Source: a virus
Lineage: Duplodnaviria; Heunggongvirae; Uroviricota; Caudoviricetes
IMG/VR virus record: IMGVR_UViG_2711768038_000002
Direction: 5' to 3' (one strand)
DNA length: 10,694 bases
Below the pieces are notes generated by a model that was given only the letters and a program-made list of their open reading frames with translations, made no database searches and had not been told where the DNA came from. Positions 8,433 to 10,694 of this stretch are shown here, piece by piece. The position numbers were made by a program, and so were the translations under genes. The first letter of the stretch is position 1, and every line of letters begins with the position of its first letter.

Positions 8433-9896
8433 TCCACCGTAAATTGAATTCCTGATTTTGAGGTATATGATCCGGATTGACTCTGCTGCTGTTGGGTATT
8501 TGCCGGTTGTTGGCTATTGCTCTGTTGTTGACTATTTGCAGCACTTGAAACCACCAAAGCATCATAAACGCGACCAGACTGACCACGTAATGAGTTATAT
8601 TGGCCCTGCATTTTTCGCATTTTTGTTTCAGTAGCAGCCTTGGAATCACCGGGCTGAGGCAGGTACATTTTGGAATACTCCTGCATCTCTGGCAGAGTAA
8701 TTGCTGCACCTGTTTCTGGGCGCAAAATTGCATACAAGGCGTCTCTCGCATTTACCATATATTGCTGCTCCGCTGGTGATAGGCTTAAATTTGCAATAGT
8801 CCCATCACCAAGAGAGCGATTTATTAATGCAACTCGCTTAGGGTCAATGCTTTTACTAAGCTGATTCATTGAGTCCATTGAATCTTTTAATCGCAAAGCA
8901 AATCCTGCCGCCTTCTTGGAACCCTCATTAGCCTTATCTATGATGCTTTGCGCTTGTGGCAAGCTAATTGGTTTAATGCCATCACCAGATATAGGTTGGT
9001 TTAGTTTTCCGGCTTCCTCGCTGCCATCGGTGTAATACTTAGTTACCGAGCCATCAGGATTGGTTTCAACCTTAAGTAATTTCTTAGCATTGGGATTAAT
9101 TCCCGCCGCTGCCGCAAATGCCGCTGCACCATTTGGATCCGCCTTTAACATTTGCGCGTACTGATTGTAATTCTGCATTGCAGCTGTTGGTGCATATGCT
9201 GACGTTAACGCATTTGCTCGGCTAATATCCTGCCCTCTCGCCTGAAGCGCCTCGCCAGCCTGATTGCTGCGAATCGTCTCTGCCAACTCGCCACGCTCAA
9301 TATCCCGACCAGCCATCTTGTCCTGAACATTGAAGTAATCAATCGGACCAAGAGCAGCCATTCCAAGGTGATCAACAAACTCACCAAATCCTGAAGGGTT
9401 CTGCTGATACATCTGAGCAACGCTGTTAGGGTCAACACCGACGCGAGTCAGTTCCTTGGCGTTGTTTTGCAGCCATGATTGCATTGCTTCTGGAGACGAT
9501 GACGCAAGGCGTGCGCCAGCCGCTAAGGTGCCGATAGAATTACGCTGGTCTTCATCAATGAATCCCATGCCTTTACGAACGGATTCAATCTGGTCTGGAT
9601 ATTGAGTAGCCAACTGACGCAAAGCACCGCGATCACCAGACGCATAAGCATTAGCGTACGCCTGCTGAAATTCTTTCTGCCGCTGAGCCTGCTTTTCCTG
9701 CTGAACCCCCCCCCGCAATACCTGAAAGGCCTTGCAAAGCAGTCAGCCCAACATTGTTAGCGCCTGAACGCTCAATATCATTGTTCTGCCTGATAAGCTG
9801 AAGCGTATTGCCGATGTCATTTACGCTCGGAGCGTTTGAGTTGACGCCGCCGATACCAGCCAACAATCCGCCGTTTGTTCCTTGCCAAGTAGCCAT
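8429..9896 (-). pseudogene. P22 gp20-like ejection protein gene interrupted by a frameshift in a homopolymeric tract
   Basis: Two overlapping - strand ORFs in different frames: 9896-9651 ([10 protein letters not shown]..., 81 aa, ATG with a GGGG RBS) and 9718-8429 (429 aa, opening on a TTG codon). They meet at a run of 9 C on + (9706-9714), which is 9 G on the coding strand. Removing one G gives a continuous reading ...[13 protein letters not shown]... of about 489 aa, comparable to P22 gp20. Confidence 0.75.
9706..9714. repeat. Homopolymeric C9 tract (G9 on the - coding strand) at the gp20-like frameshift site
   Basis: Direct count in the sequence: ctgaa ccccccccc gcaata. Confidence 0.9.
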
Positions 9897-9905
9897 GATT
9901 ACCCC

Positions 9906-10184
9906 TTAAAACAACGAGCCAAGCAATCCGATACCAGCACCAATGCCAGCGCCCCAAGGCGTTGATGTTCCCAAAAGGCTGGCAAGACCTGCACCGGCAA
10001 TCGCACCAGACGTGCCGCCGCTAATTGCAGTCTGAAGACTTGATGGTTTATTGGCATTTGCAGCGGCAAGAGCTGCGCTTTGCTGTGCAATGCTGCTCAT
10101 GTTGTTGGCGTACGTCTGCCCGGCGTTTGCCTGACCTTGCAGAGCACCAAGCCCAACGTTTGCCAGATTGTTGTAATTGCTCAT
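9906..10184 (-). CDS. Small Ala/Gly/Asn-rich protein with C-terminal Gly-rich hydrophobic segment; positional equivalent of ejection protein gp7 (possibly 5'-truncated)
   Basis: ATG 10184-10182 (the ORF track extends to a GTG at 10208). Stop TAA 9908-9906 lies 9 nt before the gp20-like start and overlaps its RBS. At 92 aa it is much shorter than P22 gp7 as I recall it (about 229 aa). An in-frame stop lies at 10226-10224, and upstream of it the late operon is absent. Confidence 0.5.
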   Translation of the reverse strand: MSNYNNLANVGLGALQGQANAGQTYANNMSSIAQQSAALAAANANKPSSLQTAISGGTSGAIAGAGLASLLGTSTPWGAGIGAGIGLLGSLF

Positions 10185-10268
10185 CTGGTTTGATAACAAT
10201 CCTCGCACTCGCGGGGATTTCTTTTATCTGAACTCGCTACGGCGGGTTTTGTTTTATGGAGATGATAA

Positions 10269-10436
10269 ATGCACTTCCGAGTCACAGGTGAATGGAATGG
10301 AGAGCCATTTGACAGGGTTATCGAAGCAGAGGACATCAACGACTGCTATAACCACTGGATGATATGGGCGCAGATAGCACATGCAGACGTAACCAATATT
10401 CGAATTGAAGAACTGAAAGAACACCAAGCCGCCTGA
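10269..10436 (+). CDS. Hypothetical small protein, 55 aa
   Basis: ATG 10269 with GGAG (10258-10261) upstream; sequence MHFRVTGEWNGEPFDRVIEAEDINDCYNHWMIWAQIAHADVTNIRIEELKEHQAA. The stop TGA 10434-10436 sits in the loop of a strong terminator hairpin. It falls below the ORF-track size cut-off and has no recognised family. Confidence 0.4.
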   Translation: MHFRVTGEWNGEPFDRVIEAEDINDCYNHWMIWAQIAHADVTNIRIEELKEHQAA

Positions 10437-10448
10437 TGGCGGTTTTTT
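10429..10448 (+). terminator. Rho-independent terminator
   Basis: Stem CCGCC (10429-10433) / GGCGG (10438-10442), loop TGAT, followed by TTTTTT (10443-10448). Confidence 0.65.
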
Positions 10449-10458
10449 ATTACCTGAT

Positions 10459-10474
10459 TTGCAGGTTCGATTCC
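10459..10474 (+). other. 16-nt segment identical to the T-arm region of tRNA-Arg (argW): candidate att core or recombination scar
   Basis: TTGCAGGTTCGATTCC matches tRNA-Arg(CCU) ...AATTGCAGGTTCGATTCCTGCAGGGGACACCA, with the tRNA sequence recalled from memory. Identity stops on both sides; the 3' T-stem strand and acceptor end are absent, so this is not a tRNA gene. It lies between the terminator and the excisionase gene. Confidence 0.5.
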
Positions 10475-10493
10475 CTATTCGGAGATAGCACTC

Positions 10494-10694
10494 ATGCAAC
10501 ACGAACTACAACCTGATTCACTGGTTGATTTGAAATTCATCATGGCTGATACTGGCTTCGGTAAAACCTTCATCTATGACCGGATTAAGTCCGGCGACCT
10601 GCCAAAAGCCAAAGTTATCCACGGTCGAGCAAGATGGTTATATCGTGACCATTGTGAATTCAAAAATAAGCTCTTAAGCCGCGCCAATGGGTAA
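10494..10694 (+). CDS. torI: Excisionase / recombination directionality factor, AlpA-family winged-helix (TorI-like)
   Basis: 66-aa ORF with GGAGA (10481-10485) upstream of ATG 10494 and stop TAA at 10692-10694. The central FIMADTGFGKTFIYDRIKSGDLPKAKVIHGRARWLYRD fits the AlpA/Xis DNA-binding pattern. Length and sequence match my recollection of KplE1 TorI; not verified. Confidence 0.8.
   Translation: MQHELQPDSLVDLKFIMADTGFGKTFIYDRIKSGDLPKAKVIHGRARWLYRDHCEFKNKLLSRANG

Noticed and set aside
8407-9438. ORFs 8407-8751 (-), 8670-8864 (+) and 9205-9438 (-) within the gp20-like gene
   Set aside because: Alternative-frame or antisense ORFs inside the gp20-like coding region; low-complexity products.
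9899-10231. ORFs 9899-10090 (-) and 10025-10231 (+) overlapping the gp7-position gene
   Set aside because: Different frame or antisense to the ORF that is positionally coupled to the gp20-like gene; no RBS.
10455-10480. Possible complete tRNA gene at the tRNA-like segment
   Set aside because: Only 16 nt of T-arm match; the complementary T-stem strand and acceptor 3' end are absent, and no cloverleaf can be drawn from the flanks.
10177-10502. ORFs 10177-10362 (+) and 10254-10502 (-)
   Set aside because: The - strand ORF runs antisense through the RBS-supported 55-aa gene, its terminator and the tRNA-like segment. The + strand ORF is out of frame with the 55-aa gene and lacks start signals.
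1-10694. Interpretation of the window as a circular 10.7-kb element, since the excisionase stop at 10694 would abut the integrase start at 1
   Set aside because: This cannot be supported from a linear window. The arrangement fits equally a chromosomal prophage whose att sites lie just outside the window, and the window edges may simply follow gene boundaries.
1-10694. CRISPR arrays, insertion sequences or transposase genes
   Set aside because: No regularly spaced direct repeats, no terminal inverted repeats bracketing an ORF, and no transposase-like product in any frame.

Overview
The window reads as a compact, defective, mosaic prophage or island of the KplE1/CPS-53 type. It opens with a P4-family tyrosine integrase (IntS-like, 385 aa, + strand) and closes with a 66-aa AlpA/TorI-like excisionase (+ strand). 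Between them, on the - strand, lies only the distal end of a P22/Sf6/HK620-like late operon: a small gp7-position protein, a frameshifted gp20-like gene, a gp16-like ejection protein gene, and a tailspike gene. The tailspike is followed by a strongly AT-rich segment with a 455-aa polytopic membrane protein (ATGA-overlapped with the tailspike stop) and a small membrane-anchored ORF, likely a lysogenic-conversion module. A three-gene accessory island (lipoprotein, HEXXH zincin-like protein, small basic protein) sits between the gp16-like and tailspike genes, bounded by hairpin terminators. No head, replication, lysis or immunity genes, no complete tRNA or rRNA gene, and no CRISPR array were seen. 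A 16-nt segment matching the T-arm of tRNA-Arg (argW, recalled from memory) lies just upstream of the excisionase gene. Family assignments rest on my recall of protein sequences and motifs read by eye; no database search was run.
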